Source: the human T2T-CHM13v2.0 reference genome, Homo sapiens | Strand: one strand, 5' to 3' | Length of the DNA stretch: 64,000 nucleotides | NCBI RefSeq assembly: GCF_009914755.1 | Contig: NC_060927.1 | The notes under the pieces: generated by a model | The model's database searches: none | What the model was told of the DNA's origin: nothing | Seen by the model: only the letters and a program-made list of their open reading frames with translations | Made by a program: the position numbers and the translations under genes | Shown: positions 1-15,745 of the stretch, one piece after another | Numbering within the stretch: the first letter of the stretch is position 1 | Layout: every line of letters begins with the position of its first letter

Positions 1-74
1 TGTGGAAAATGCCTGAAAAAGAAAACATTATAGTAAAAATATTATGTATTTGTTTTGCTATATGCCAGGCACTA

Positions 75-232
75 TTATATGCATGTATGTATACACACAG
101 ATATATGTGTATTTTGTACATGTATATATGTGTATACATATATATGTGTGTGTGTATTTGTATGTGTATATATATGTGTGTGTTTATATACATGTATGTG
201 TGTATATATGTATGTGCATGTGTGTGTGTGTA
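75..232. repeat. Degenerate (TG)n/(TA)n microsatellite
   Basis: Alternating tatgtgtgtatata runs; source of the C/V/Y/M-rich ORFs at 9-379. Confidence 0.95.
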
Positions 233-544
233 TTCCAAGTTTTTCAACAACCCTTTGAAGTTGATGCTATAGCTTTCATATTACAGGGAGGAAACTGTGT
301 CTCTAGGAAGAAAAGTAAACTTTCTAAGATTTCAAAGCTGGAAAGTGGCAGAAACAAGATTTTCACCCAGTCTGTCTAACCAAAGAGCACCTTATTCTAA
401 TATTCATTTAAAAATGAAATGTTATTTAATTTCAATTTGAGAAAAATTATAATCTACCTTAGTTCAAATAAGGCTAATTCATTAAAATGAGAATTTATCT
501 ATTGTATTTTTTTATCTCTCTCCTGACTTTCAACATTTCATCAA

Positions 545-1083
545 GCAAGAAAACAAGAAGGAACAAATGAATGAAAGAAAGAAGAAAGGAAAAACGGAAA
601 GAATGAGAAAGAGAGAAGAGAAAGAGGGGAAGGGAAAAGAGAGGAAAGAAAGGAAGGGGAGTGGGAGGGAGGAGGGGGAAGGGAGGGAAGGAGGAAGGAA
701 GAAAGGGAGGAAGGGAGGAAAGAAGGTAGGGAGGAAAAGAGAAAAGAAGGAAGGGAGGGAGGAAGGGAGGCAGGCAGGCAGGGAGGGAGGGAGAAAGGAA
801 GGAAAGAAGGTAGAGAGGTAGGAAGGAAGGAAGAAAGGAAGGCGGGAAAGAAGGAAGAAAGGAAGGAAAGAAGGTAGAGAGGTAGGAAGGAAGGAAGAAA
901 GGAAGGCGGGAAAGAAGGAAGAAAGGAAGGAAAGAAGGTAGAGAGGAAGGAAGGAAGGAAGAAAGGAAGGCGGGAAAGAAGGAAGAAAGGAAGGAAAGAA
1001 GGTAGAGAGGAAGGAAGGAAGGGAGGAAGGAAGGAAGGAAGGAAGGGAGGGAGGGAGGGGAAAAAGGGAAAAGAAAAGAGAAA
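545..1083. repeat. Polypurine (GGAA/GAAA/GGGA) tract with a 64-bp higher-order repeat
   Basis: Almost pure purine strand; the rare ggcggg recurs at 841, 905 and 969 (period 64). Confidence 0.95.
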
Positions 1084-1400
1084 GTCTCTTCTGTCCTCCA
1101 AGCCCACATTTTTAAACTGTCTATGGTTTCAAATATTTCTGATCATCACATTGTTGCAGATTCGAGGTGTGCATTATGAAATTTTTACTTTCTATATTTG
1201 GCATCAATTAAAAAACCTACATTATTATTTTCTAGGGTATTACTCAGATAAATTCATTTGATGATAGCTAGTGGATCTTTTGAAGATATCATTTTCAATT
1301 CAACAAAAGAATGGTTTCAGCATACTCTAAGAAATTAGAAATCAATCCCCAATATTATATATTTTATCTCCTTTATTTAACTGCTCTAGGTCATATTATT

Positions 1401-1684
<284 letters not shown>

Positions 1685-2283
1685 TCTAGGTCATATTATT
1701 AAAATTAATTGTCTAGCCTTGTCAGGTATATGTTGAAAATATTTGCCTAGATATCTAGTCCTCAGGTTCTCTCTGTACAGGGTTATAGATATATTATTTA
1801 TGAATGATAAAGTAAAAAGCTATACCTAGGTTTTCGCCATAACATTGAAATTTACAACTCAGAAATCTAACATCGATTGTTTACTTCATATTCCAAATGC
1901 AAAAATTTTCAGTACAATTACAGACAATAATAGGAATTAAAATATATTTATAAATTTAATATAATCACTATATACATATACATAGTTTTAAACTAAGTGG
2001 CTACAAATACAGCTGATGCCCCTTTGTGCCCCTGCCCGACCTAACTGTGTACTTCCCCTTATGCTCATGGGCAGTGTTAATAAATTCGAGGCTTATCTTT
2101 CCATTAAAAATAGATATGTACATATGATACATTTTTCACTAAAAAATGTATATGAATTTTATCATATTGTATGTAGCCTTCTCCAAATTGTTTTCTATTC
2201 AACATTATGGATAAAGTCCTACCATTAAATAAATATTTAAATGTATAAATAAGAACTTGATAATCCTGCATCCTCTTCAACTA

Positions 2284-2535
<252 letters not shown>

Positions 2536-3379
2536 CTATAGTTCTCATTAAGATTATTCATTACTTTTGCCAGATATATTTAGATATCATTTTACTTTTA
2601 CTTTTCAATATAATTCAAAAATTGTTATGACTTCTTTATTCTTGATTTTTTCTCTTCTGATCAGCTCTACTCTATGATTTACAACACCACCTTAGATTTC
2701 GAACTGGATATTTACATATTTGTTTCCTGCCTATACTTTTTCTCTATCAATAATCACAGATCTAGTTTAAGCAAAGATTGTAAAAAATTCTTAGCAAATC
2801 TTATCACAAAATATTACTTGGGCTTACGGACAAATTCCCGAAACCTAATGCTTCCATCTTTCTTTCTACTGTTTAGTTCATTCTGCTGGCACTTTAAAAC
2901 AAGATATATTTAAAAATAAATAATAATCTATGCAAACCAGTTTTTAGTCAAATAGAGTGCCTCTAGAAACCTACTATTTAAGAGCACTATTAAATTTTGA
3001 ATTTGTTTGGTAGTCTTGAATTGTTCTCTTTCTGAAAATCTTTGGCTTATATTTCATATATTGTGTAAAACAAACCCCAACGTTGACATATTAGGGCAAA
3101 AATCACTGTAAGAGTTACAACAAAAACTACAAGAGCTGGATCTTAGAGGAGTCAACAGCTTCAGGTACAACTTGGTGAAGAATGCTGCCCGAGAACACTT
3201 CTACAAGACAGCCAAGTGGCATGGCAACCAAGTTGCCCACTTAGGCTCTCTATTTTGGAAAAGATAAATACTTGATTAAAAGAGCAGAGAGCCACCAGCA
3301 CTCGGGTGTGGATATGGTTTTATGCAAAGTGTGGCATACTGTACTTCCATGGAAGTGCAAAACCACATAGTAGTAGAGT

Positions 3380-3560
3380 GTAAAGTCTATACCCCCAAAT
3401 ATCTGTGTGATCTTTGGAAAATTATACATTCTTTGTGAGTCTCAATTTCTCTACCAGTAAAATGAAAATTACAGTCATACTCACTTATTTGAGATATTTA
3501 GAAGGATTATGAATTTCAAGAATATAAATGTTCAATGTGTAAATTACAATAATTAATAAA
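3380..3560 (+). mobile_element. MIR fragment
   Basis: MIR core-like tgtgatctttgg...tctcaatttctctaccagtaaaatg. Confidence 0.6.
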
Positions 3561-4024
3561 CGGTCACACTTATGATGTTAGTTTGGAAAAACTGTACTAA
3601 ACTTCCCTAGATAGCTAGAGAAACAGTATATTTTGCTTATTTGGATTGTTTTATCTCTAAAAATTCAAACAAATAATACTATAGCTCTGTTTCTTCTGTG
3701 AAATTTAAAAAGCCATGTTGATGAAAGATCAAATACAAAAAGAAACTCTGTTATGCAAATAAAACTGATTTGATCGAATGGACCTTTCAAAAATAGAGTA
3801 AACACACATACACACACCAAGAATATGTGATCATATACATCCTTATGTCAAATATTTCAGTTATTCAAACACTTGTTTTATTTTAAAAATTTGGATTCTG
3901 TTTCTTTTTGTAGCAATAGCACTAAGCAAAAACAAATAGATATGTAGGCACTAAACATTGTTAATTCTGCAATAGCTGGGATTCAGCGTTTCTTAAAACA
4001 TTAAACAAAATAAAACAATAAAGC

Positions 4025-4385
4025 TGTATTAGTTTATTTGGGCTACTATAACAAAATACCATTAATAAGGTGGCTTTTAAGCAACAGAAATTTATTTCTC
4101 GCAGTTCTGGAGATTGGAAAGTCCAAGATCAAGGCAATGATCTTGAGTTGGTATTTGATGAAGGCCTGCTTCCTCACAGACAGCATCCTTCTTCCTATAT
4201 CCTCACATGGAAGAAATATTGGGGCTCTCTCAGGCCTCTTTTGTAAGGACATTAATCCCATTCATGAAGGTTCTATCCTCATGACCTAATCACCTTTCAA
4301 AGGTCTCACCGTCTAACATCATCACATTGGTGATTACATTTGAATATATGAATTTTGAGGGCACAAAAACGTTCACACCTTTGCA
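4025..4385 (-). mobile_element. MLT1A-like MaLR solo LTR
   Basis: tgtattagtt...aacagaaatttatttctcgcagttctggag...aagtccaagatcaagg...catgacctaatcacc. Confidence 0.85.
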
Positions 4386-4699
4386 AAAGCCAACCAACAC
4401 ACATTAAGAAGCAAACAAAAACAGGATCAGTTTTCATTAGAGTACAAATCCCAAAGATTTTGAATAGGAAATAGTACATAATTTCTCTAGTTTACTTAGT
4501 TACATATATTAGTCACAGTTATGGAAAGGGTAGGCAGAAGGTCATTAATATTATTGAGCTATCTGCTGAATAGATTTTACATTAAACAAATATATAATTT
4601 GGACAAATTACTGGCTAATATATTCTTTTAGAATTAGATGCTTTGCTTAATTATCAATATTTTAAAACTGATTTATGGTAGTCTATTCTCAGTCATAGT

Positions 4700-5320
4700 T
4701 GTGATCATTTTAAAGTGAAGACATATACCAAATCACATCACTTCTTGGAAAAAAAACAAAAACAAAAATTCCCATCCCTCTCCTAACTCACTCAGAATAA
4801 AATCTCATGCCCCTACCTTTGCTTACCAGGTGGTCCCAGTTACTACAACCTTATGATTATTTTCCCAGACCTAAAATTCTATCTTTACTCTTTTTACTCA
4901 GTGGGCCTCAGTCACTCATCTCCTTTTTCACTTTTGAATGTGCCAATCATGCTTATTGCAGTGTTACATTTACTGTTCCTTATGGTTTGAAATTTTTTTC
5001 CTAATACATCTGAAAGACTTCTTCATTATCACTTCATTCAGGTTTCTGCTCAAATGCTTCTATATCTGGAATAGTACCTTACTCAACCCACAGTTTACCA
5101 CGCTGTAAAGCAGCTTTCATCTTCATAGCTCTTATCACCATTAACATAATAGACATTGACCTGTTTACATTCTGTTTGTTCCCAGTTGAATGTAAATTCC
5201 AGGAGAGCAGGAATTTATTTCCCATTTGTATTTGCAGCACCTACGAGAGTTCTTGGCACATAATGGGAACAAAATATATATTTGTTGAATCATTCAATCA
5301 ACTGAATGAATGAATGAATA
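4700..5320 (+). mobile_element. L2 3' fragment
   Basis: aatgtaaattccaggagagcagg...ggcacata...tttgttgaat followed by a (tgaa)n tail; left boundary approximate. Confidence 0.7.
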
Positions 5321-6994
5321 ATAATATAGTCATTAAGGACTTTTTAAAGTTTAAGTATTTGAAGTTGGCAATTAAAAGAATACAGATCTCTGGATAACAG
5401 GCAGATAGAAGATAAAAATACTGATTTGTGTTTTATGTCTTTAATATTTTAATTTAGATGCTAAAAATGTTGCTAGATAAAAAAGTACTCCTTGGAATCT
5501 GCTAGTATAGGTTCATGTTATTTTACCATAAAGATGATAATTATACATTCTTTATCAGCCACTAATTTAAATTCTTTAAATATGTTATAAAATTTCAGTC
5601 CTATTCACTTGCTAATTTGACATAAACTTCTTTTAAAGAAGCTACATTGTATTACATGTTATGTGTATGTCATTCTAATCTCAAGTTTAACTTTTCCTTT
5701 TTTCTACATAAATGAGTCACACAGTGTAAAAGGGAGATTTTCAAATCGTCACTAGAGATTAAAAGAGTGATCCCCTCCCTAATATGTGAAACTTGAAGGA
5801 ATTAGATTAGAAAATATTTTGATGGAAAACATAGGTTGATTGTGCTGCCACAAATACCATAATTGCAAAACAAAGAGGAAGGGAAAAGGGGAAGGCACAA
5901 TAGATTATTTGTATGACTCCCAATCCTGTGTTGTACATGCACACACATAAACAAACACACACAGATTCATTAGTGTATCTTGATCGTGAGTGATGCCTCC
6001 TGTCAAAAAATAGACAGACTCTGTGGAGCCCTACACAGAGGAAGAGAACTGAAGCACTACCTAGTCAGTAGCTGGGGCTACAGGTATTATGAGTGACCTG
6101 GTGAAGAGGGACTGATGGTAATGAGACATCCAATAATGCTTATTTCATAGACTGGCTTGAAAGGTCCCTTTTCTTGTCGGATTTAACCTTAACAAGCAGC
6201 CAAATCTAGGTTGTGTTGAATAAATGTAAAATTCAATGTCCTATCACCTTACAATATTACTTCTTCTCCACACAAATAACAGAATCTTTAGGAAGCTGAA
6301 AATCACAATAACTTTAATCCCTTTCCCATTGGTTTTGCTCTGATATTGAATAAGGTGTGGAGGATTTCCACAGTCACTTAGGAGCCTTACTTGGTTTCTG
6401 CTATGGAACAAAGAACACTTAGGTCTGTAAGTTTGAGCACACAGGGAAAAAAAACACAGATACAGACACGTAAAAAAACTCTAAAAGTTTAAATAGCAAA
6501 AATAGATAATAACATGTATTCCACAATAAACATGGGTCAAGTATTACTTTGAGCTTTTTATAGGTATTGAGTAATTTATTCATTTAAAAAAATCAAATAT
6601 AATACTTAAAATTACAAAGGTAATTATTTCCAATTTGTCTTTTTTTATCCATATATATAGATATGGATCTATATATGAATGGATATAGTTATAACTATGT
6701 AGATATTAATTTTCTATATAAGCATTAATTAAATAGGAAATGATAGTAAACATGGCAAATTATGCCTAAATTATATTTTAAATGTTAATTTAAAAGCAGA
6801 GAATATAATTATGGCAAATAATTTAATACATTAATTTTCAAAGGAAATTCAGATTCTTGAAAAACAAACATAAAACAATTGAGGCAATTTTTCTACTTTA
6901 TAGATGAGTAAATCAACTCAAAGAAAATTATATAAGTTGCTTATAAACACTTAGGAATAAAACACTTCCTAATCATGAGATAAAATGTAAAACT

Positions 6995-7305
6995 AGCTGG
7001 ACACAGTGGCTCATTCCTATAATCGCAGCACTTTGGGGGGCTGAGATGGGCAGATCACTTGAGGTCAGGAGTTCGAGACCAGCCTCGCCAACATGGTGAA
7101 ACCCCGTCTCTAATAAATTTACAAAAATTAGCTGGGTGTGATGGTGTGTGCCTGTAATCACAGCCACCCAGGAGGTTGAGGCAGGAGAATCTCCTGAAAC
7201 CAGGAGGTGGAGATTACACCACCGTACTCCAGCCTGGGTAACACAGCAAGACTCTGTCTCAAAATAAATAAATTAATAAATAAATTAATTAATTAATATA
7301 ATAAA
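6995..7305 (+). mobile_element. AluS (Sz/Sx-like) with a small right-arm deletion and (AAAT)n tail
   Basis: Alu dimer lacking the gttgcagtgagcc segment near 7210. Confidence 0.92.
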
Positions 7306-7919
7306 TAAGTAAAACAAAACATATATTAATAGTAAAACTTATATATAATTATCACAATCACATCAATATTCTATAAGTAACAGCATTCCACATTATAGAA
7401 AAAGATGATCTTTTAAAGTTATGTTTCAGATTATTATTAAATTGATAGCAACCATCAACCAAGCTATCCCAAATAAAATTAGAGAGCAATTTCATTTATG
7501 AATATAGTAGAAAATAATTTTTAATATGTCTAAAAAGTATTCAATATTATAATAAAACCTATAAAATCCAAATGTTTATTCTAATAATATGTATTATGTT
7601 GTATATTTGTATATTAAGATGTATAGTAATATATTTCACTGGTGTGATACTTTAAGGGAAGAAAATGAATGTAGATCACATCAATAGATGCTGACATATA
7701 ATTTTATATAATTAAGCATGTGTTAATGAGTAAAGCAAATAATAAACTCCTGTTGGCTTAAGGGGTTATTCTTAAAAGTGGCATTAGATCTATCTGAAAC
7801 CAACAGCATAAATTAATTACTACATGCGACCCTTCAAGCTCAAACACTTACAAGTAAAGCATGGAAACAAAGAATGAAAATAAATCATTTCAAAGACAAG
7901 GTTTATGAAAAAAACAACG

Positions 7920-9001
7920 TCTTTTGAAAAGTGTCTGTTCATATGCTTCACCCACTTTTTGATGGGGTTGTTTGTAAATCTGTTTAAGTTCTTTGTAGAT
8001 TCTGGATATTAGCCCTTTGTCAGATGGATAGATTGCAAGAATTTTCTCCCATTCTGTAGGCTGCCTATTCACTCTGATGATAGTTTCTTTTGCTGTGCAG
8101 AAGCTCTTTAGTTTAATCAGACCTCATATGTCAATTTCGGCTTTTGTTGCCATTGCTTTTGGTGTTTTAGTCATGACACTTAATGCAGCCAACAAACATA
8201 TGAAAAAAAGCTCATCACCACTGTTCATTAGAGAAATGCAAATCAAAACCACAATGAGATAGCATCTCACATCAGTTAGAATGGCAATCATTGAAAAGTC
8301 AGAAAACAACAAATGCTAGAGAGGATGTGGAGAAATAGGAATGCTTTCATACTGTTGGTGGGAGTGTAGATTAGTTCAACCACTGTGGAAGAGAGTGGGG
8401 TAATTCCTCAAGGATCTAGAACTAGAAATACCATTTGACCCAGCAATCCCATTAGTGGGTATATATCCAAAGGATTATAAATCATTCTACCATGAATACA
8501 CATGCATACGTACGTTTACTGCAGCACTATTCACAATATCAAAGACTTGAAACCAACCCAAATGCCCATCAATGATAGACTGGATAAAGAAAATGTGGCA
8601 TATATACACCATGGAATACTATGCAGCCATAAAAAAGGATGAGTTCGTGTCCTTTCCAGGGACTTGGATGAAGCTGGAAACCATCATTCTCAGCAAACTA
8701 ACACAGGAACAGCAAACTAACACAGGAACAGAAAACCAAACACCGCATGTTCTCACTCATAAGTAGAAGTTTAACAATGAGAACACATTGGCACATAGAG
8801 GGGAACATCACACACCAGTGACTGGGGGTTAGGGAGCCTGTTGGGGGTTGGGGGGCAAGGGGAGGGATAGCTATAGGAGAAATACCTAATGTAGATGACA
8901 GATTGATGGGTGCAGCAAACAACCATGGCACGTGTCTACCTATGTAACAAACCTGCACGTTCTGCACATGTATCCCAGAACTTGAAGTATAATAAAAAAA
9001 A
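7920..9001 (+). mobile_element. L1PA7-like 3' fragment with 5' inversion (7920-8176 inverted, about 8175-9001 sense)
   Basis: ORF2 C-terminal peptides on both strands ([11 protein letters not shown] on minus; WIKKMWHIYTMEYYAAIKK on plus), 3'UTR and poly(A). Confidence 0.93.
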
Positions 9002-9589
9002 TCTGTAGTATATCTAAAGTCTTTCATTTTAATTTTAGTTCATTTCATTTAACAATTTGCCAGCCAAAAGAGGGCTATGGCAGCAAGGAGATGGTTAGGG
9101 GATTGTACAAATTATTTCAACCATCCTTTTCTCTATGTTCTCTGAAATGGCTATTAATAGTATTGGATTTCCTGGATTAATTATCATGATTGATTTGTAT
9201 TTCAAAGTGTGAATTTTATTGTATTTCCTTAATTTTGTAATTTAGCTACTCCTGATATTTTCTTTTAGCAATCAAAGTTTTAATTCCAAATAACCCATAC
9301 TTACACACAAATTTTCCTTTCTCTTTTTAAATAACAGTCTATCATTCATTACTTAATCTGTTTGATCTGCAGATTTGAATTCTTATCCGCAATCTCAGAT
9401 GCACAGCATGCGACAACCAAGCGATAGCGTCTAATCGAACATAGCCTAAGAGACTTCTTCCATTCTGCCTCATTCGTAAGCTGCTATTCATTGTCCTAAC
9501 ACTAATTCCCATCCATCATAAGAGAAACTGATTTCTCTTTGTTTCCTTTGGGAACCAAAGCCTCTGATACCCAGTTTTATCACTCACGA

Positions 9590-9912
9590 GTTTTACCTTA
9601 AACACCAGAATGTGATTCAGCCATTTTTATTTTACTACTTTATAACAAGGATGGCCTTTCCTTCGTTACCCAATAATATGTGCTTCATTTCCATTTGATA
9701 CTTCATCAGAATGGTCTTTGCCATTCCTATTTCTAGCAAATTCTCTTCAGGCTTACATAAGTATTTCCTAAGAAGGTTGAGTCTTTCTCAATAGTCTTCT
9801 TTCTGAGTCTTCACCAGAGTGACACTTACCAGTACATTCAGGACAATAGAGGCTTTTTCTAGCATGCACTCCAAAATTTTTCCAGCCTGTACCCATTACC
9901 CACTTCCAAAGA
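9590..9912 (-). mobile_element. MaLR (MST/MLT1) internal fragment
   Basis: Resembles MaLR-int: ttccagcctgtacccattacccacttccaaag. Confidence 0.6.
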
Positions 9913-10766
9913 ACACAGTAGTTTTTGTAAATATTACTAAATAGTAATAGTATATACTTCCAAATTGATAATCAATTTACTGTAACTTCTTCAATGTATG
10001 AGAGTTTTCGTTTCTCAAAAGTTATCAGATAATAATTTGCCAATCTAATATATTAAATCATATCTAATTTTTGCTTGATGTGTGCTTCTTTCATTACTCT
10101 TAGGTTTGATTGTATTTTGTACTCTTTTTTAATACTCTGAATATGTCAAAATATCCTTTCAGTTTTCTGCAGGTCCTGCTCATTCTCATCTATAAGATCT
10201 TAACACAAATAACATTGCTCCAGAGAAGTTAGTTTGGATTATCTTATATGTGGTTTCTAATTACTTTTTTTCTCATCTCTTTGAAAATGTCTTTTATGAC
10301 ACTGATCACAACTTGTACTGTCTTGCCTAATTATTTGTTAATTGTTTACATCCTCTGTTCCACAACCCACAAATCAATGTACTCCATGTTGACATGTATT
10401 ATAACTCTTTTGTATACCATAACCCAACGTCAAAAAGAACTTCACACGTAGTATTATTACATAAGTTCTTGTGCCATAAATTAATTAATCATAAAACAAT
10501 TATGTGCCAACTGTAGAAAATTTCAACTAGAGTATAATTTCCAGGAAAGGAAAGATTTTTTCCTATTAATTAATGAACTAAAAAAGTGCCTGGTATTTAA
10601 TATATATTTAATATTTATTTATGAAATTGAATTATTTTGATTCCTCAGAAGTTGCTTAAGGTTATCTGCTATTTTTAATCCAAATAATATATAGTTAAAA
10701 TTGCTAAAAATCACATAAATAGAAAAAGTATTATTTCCAAATTAAATAAGTATTGGGTGTTACATC

Positions 10767-10803
10767 ACACACACACACACACGCACACACATACACACAC
10801 ACA
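10767..10803. repeat. (CA)n microsatellite
   Basis: Interrupted CA run, seen directly. Confidence 0.9.
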
Positions 10804-13480
10804 AACTTTATCTCTGCAACTTATATTTTGAGGGCTAATTTAAATCATGGTGAAGATTTTCCTTTAAACAAAAAAATTAGAGAAAAAAAGATAAAGTCGA
10901 TATTAACATATTAAATCAGTGTTGGTGGACAATTGAACTAGATCATGAAGGATCATCTTTAGAGCCTTTCTAAACATAAAATAACTTCGTTATTTTGGCG
11001 AGTACATGAAACAGCTCACAAATGAGCTGACACTTTGCAGGAAGCAATTATTGCCTAAGGTAGGAAGTTTAAATGTTTGCTTTTCTTTTATGCATCATGA
11101 AGGGGGAAAGGTCTTCCTATAAGTAAAAAAGATAATGACGTTGACACAAAGATTATAAAGAGCCATATTGCTTTGAAAAACTCTCTGAAATTCTAGTTAA
11201 AGATCAAAACACTCTTTTACAAAGCACATCTGAACAATGTGTGATTGGAAGATGGCAAGAGTTGTACTACCAAATCTTTGCTGGTAGTACAGCTTTTCCA
11301 CATATTAAATCATCCCTCCTTCCTTTGTTTTTCTTTTTTGAATGGTTGTATCAGAACAAAGAAAGCTGATTATATGTCTTCCTGTAGGGAAAAGAGATCA
11401 AACTACTCAATGTGATGGTTTATGTATATAAATATACTTGTGTATATAAATACCAGTTTCTTCTTATTGTTTAGCTGGATCTATGTGTGTCACACTTTTA
11501 CACTTTTGCATAAACCAGCAAGTTTGCTACAGCTAACAAAGCCAAAAGCATTGCTACAGATGTTCTTTTTGTTAATTGGAAAATAAACTTAATGAAAAAA
11601 ATTAAGTTATTCTACTCAGCTTATCTATGCTGGGCAGCTGGTTTAACTCAGTCCTTCATCATGCATCTCAAATGCTCCATCCAGGACAGCAGAACAGCCT
11701 AGGCACGTCCTCAAGATAATGCGAGGGACACACACTTGCAAATAGAAACCTACCCATAAATCACCTCCAAAAGCCTAGGCTTAGAACGGGTATATTATTT
11801 ACTTCTACTTCAGTCCTTGACCAAGCGCACATAGAGCTAAGGGGTAAAGCTGGTCACTCTGCACATGGTGAAAAGACATTGTCCAAAAATGTGGACATAG
11901 ACAATAAAAAGAAGGAAGGGATTGGATCTATGGGTGCATTGACTGGTGCTTTTGTAACTCCTTCTAGCAATGTTAACTTATTTTAAAATACAGGTTAGGA
12001 AAGAGAAAACATTTCTGAGAACTTTGGTCTTTAAACTGTCAAATGTATGGGTCTAGATACCTACATTAGGGCAATAACTACAATGGAAGTCTAATAGTTT
12101 ATGGTAGAGACATTAGTTTTTCCCTTTTAATTGCTGTAAGCCTTTCTGGTTATAATTCTTATTTTTAGAGTCATATGATTATGCTATTATAGGCTACTAA
12201 GGGCTTGATAAGAATATACTGATTTAAACATTATCACTAGTGCAAAGGAGTATCAGATTAAACATTAAATCCTTAAGTAATTAACTTAATAAGTTGCTTT
12301 AAAGAAAATACCATGACAATCTTCACTTAACTGGAGTTAAATCATTTTATCTAATTTTGTAATTTTATTTATTGATAGAAAAATATATAGCATGAGACTC
12401 TGTAATGTGCACAGTTTTCTACATCTTCACTTTTTGCAGTTATCCCTAACTGGTTTAATATATCTTAGTAAACTAAAATTCTATTTAACATATACTGTAG
12501 AATTAAGATCACCAATTCAAAGAGCATGATATATGCTAACTCCTATATAATGTAGTCATCAATATTGACAGCCTGCAACCTGTTTTCGAAGTTAAAGAAA
12601 CAAGATTTTGACAATATGTTATCTAAACTGTTTGTATAAAACAAAATATTTTTGCCAAACTAAGTGTTTTTGAATTGAAATTCTAAATAATGCTGTTAGG
12701 TTAAGAGACTTAGTCCCAAAAGCTGCATACATTGTTTCTGAAATCATACAGGAAAAGAGAGCCATATAAACACACAAAAAAATGTGAAAAGTGCATTACT
12801 CCAGAAACGTATACACTATAGTACTCATCTGTAGAAAGACTCTTGAGTTCTAACATTGCCTCATATATTTTTACTATCTTTTTCAACACAGTGAAGGGTG
12901 GTTACTCATGCTTTTGGCAAATGCAGAAATTGAGGCTGGGAACTAAATAAATGAGATCAGGTATCAGTGTAATAAGCATTATTATATACATATGAATTCA
13001 GTTCTCTTTTAGCTTATATAAAAGGTACTTCATGTGTGAATTAGGTTTGGTAAATATAATGAGTCCGTCAATTAGTAACTGGAGCCAGAAAATTTTAAGT
13101 GCCCTTTCTTTGAAAATTCATATGGGATACTGAACAAAAAGTGGGACAGAAAAGTAAGAGTCTAGTAAAAATATTTGCAACCGTGGATAAGCAAGTTTAA
13201 ATTTAAAACTGCTGAAAATCTTCACAATACCACCACCAGGTAGGCATGTTTATAACTACGTACAGAAAAATACACTCAGCAACACAATTATAATTTTAAT
13301 TCGTATTTTAAAATCAGGATACAATCTCCAACAAAATAAAATACATAGAAGAAAATATTAAATTTTTGTATCATGTAAAGATATGAAAATTTGTTGTAAA
13401 GTCCAAAAAGCTAAACACGGTCTCTGCTTATTACTCTGGGATCGTTGCTTACTATCCCCATTCCTCATTCCCTGGTGTTT

Positions 13481-14312
<832 letters not shown>

Positions 14313-14334
14313 TTATTTTTTAAAGGAAATCATA

Positions 14335-14727
<393 letters not shown>

Positions 14728-15242
14728 TTAAATATTACTACTCACCCTACAGATATCTGCCTAAGAATCATTTCCATCTGCAAGTCTCCTCTGGCCCTTC
14801 TAATAGTATGCTTACATCCCAAATGTGCAACATCTATGTGCCCTGACATATTTCATGTTGTGTTACAATTGTGAGTTTACTTATCTGTATACTCCCTTCA
14901 CTCGTCTGTAACATCACTGAGAAATGGTTCTCTTTTTATCTCATATAATAACTATCAAAAAGAGAAAAATAAAGATGATATGCAAAAAACAACATGCATT
15001 GTGGCATGCCAGAAGATGATACGGGCTGTAGACTAATCCCTATCTAAATTGTTTGAGGGCCGCCAATTTAGTTTTTGAAAGATGAAGTGAAAAACATTTA
15101 TGGTGATTAAAAAGAAAGGCCAAAATGCTATCAAAAAAACTGGGTGAAAAGCACCCGAAATTATAAAGATTGAGTATACATATATATACATTTGGAGAAG
15201 AAAAAAAAATTAAAAATTCAGTTACAGTGGCATATTCACAAA

Positions 15243-15745
15243 CTGTGTTAATCAGGGTTATACAGAGAAACATAACAAATAGAATATTAGGTATGGATTA
15301 GATAGAAAGAGAGAGAGAGGGAGACGGAGCGGGAGAGGGAGGGAGAGGGAGGGAGGGGGAGAGGGAGAGAGAGAGAGAGAGAGAGAGAGATTTATTTTAA
15401 GGAATTGCCTTATGTAATTTTGGAGTCTGGCAAGTCACAAATCTGCCAGGTCGGCCAGAAGTTGGGAGACCCAGGGAAGAAGTCATGTTGTAGCTCCAGT
15501 CCAAAAGTAATCTGCTGGCCCAATACCTTGTCCTCCAGAAGACATCTGTCTTTTTTCTCTTAGAGTCTTCAAGTAATTATTAGAGATGCATTCCCACATG
15601 ATGGAAGGTAATCTGCTGTATTCAAAGTCTACTGATTTAAATGTTACCCTTTAGAAATAACTACACAGCAACATCTAGACTTGCATTTGACCAAATATCT
15701 GGGTACTAGGACCTACCTAAGTTGACACATAAATTTAACCATCAC
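15243..15745 (-). mobile_element. MLT2 (ERVL) solo LTR with (GA)n
   Basis: Ends aagttgacacataaatttaaccatcaca; contains atttattttaaggaattg. Confidence 0.85.

Noticed and set aside
9-379. C/V/Y/M-rich ORFs (also 37485-37793 and 56740-56985)
   Set aside because: Dinucleotide microsatellite artefacts
495-1109. 204-aa and 188-aa ORFs on the minus strand
   Set aside because: Translation of the (TTCC)n tract; low-complexity P/S/F/L with no splice or codon evidence
3130-3270. Short open frame with an RFX-like catggcaac motif
   Set aside because: Peptide unrecognised, no convincing splice sites, single imperfect motif
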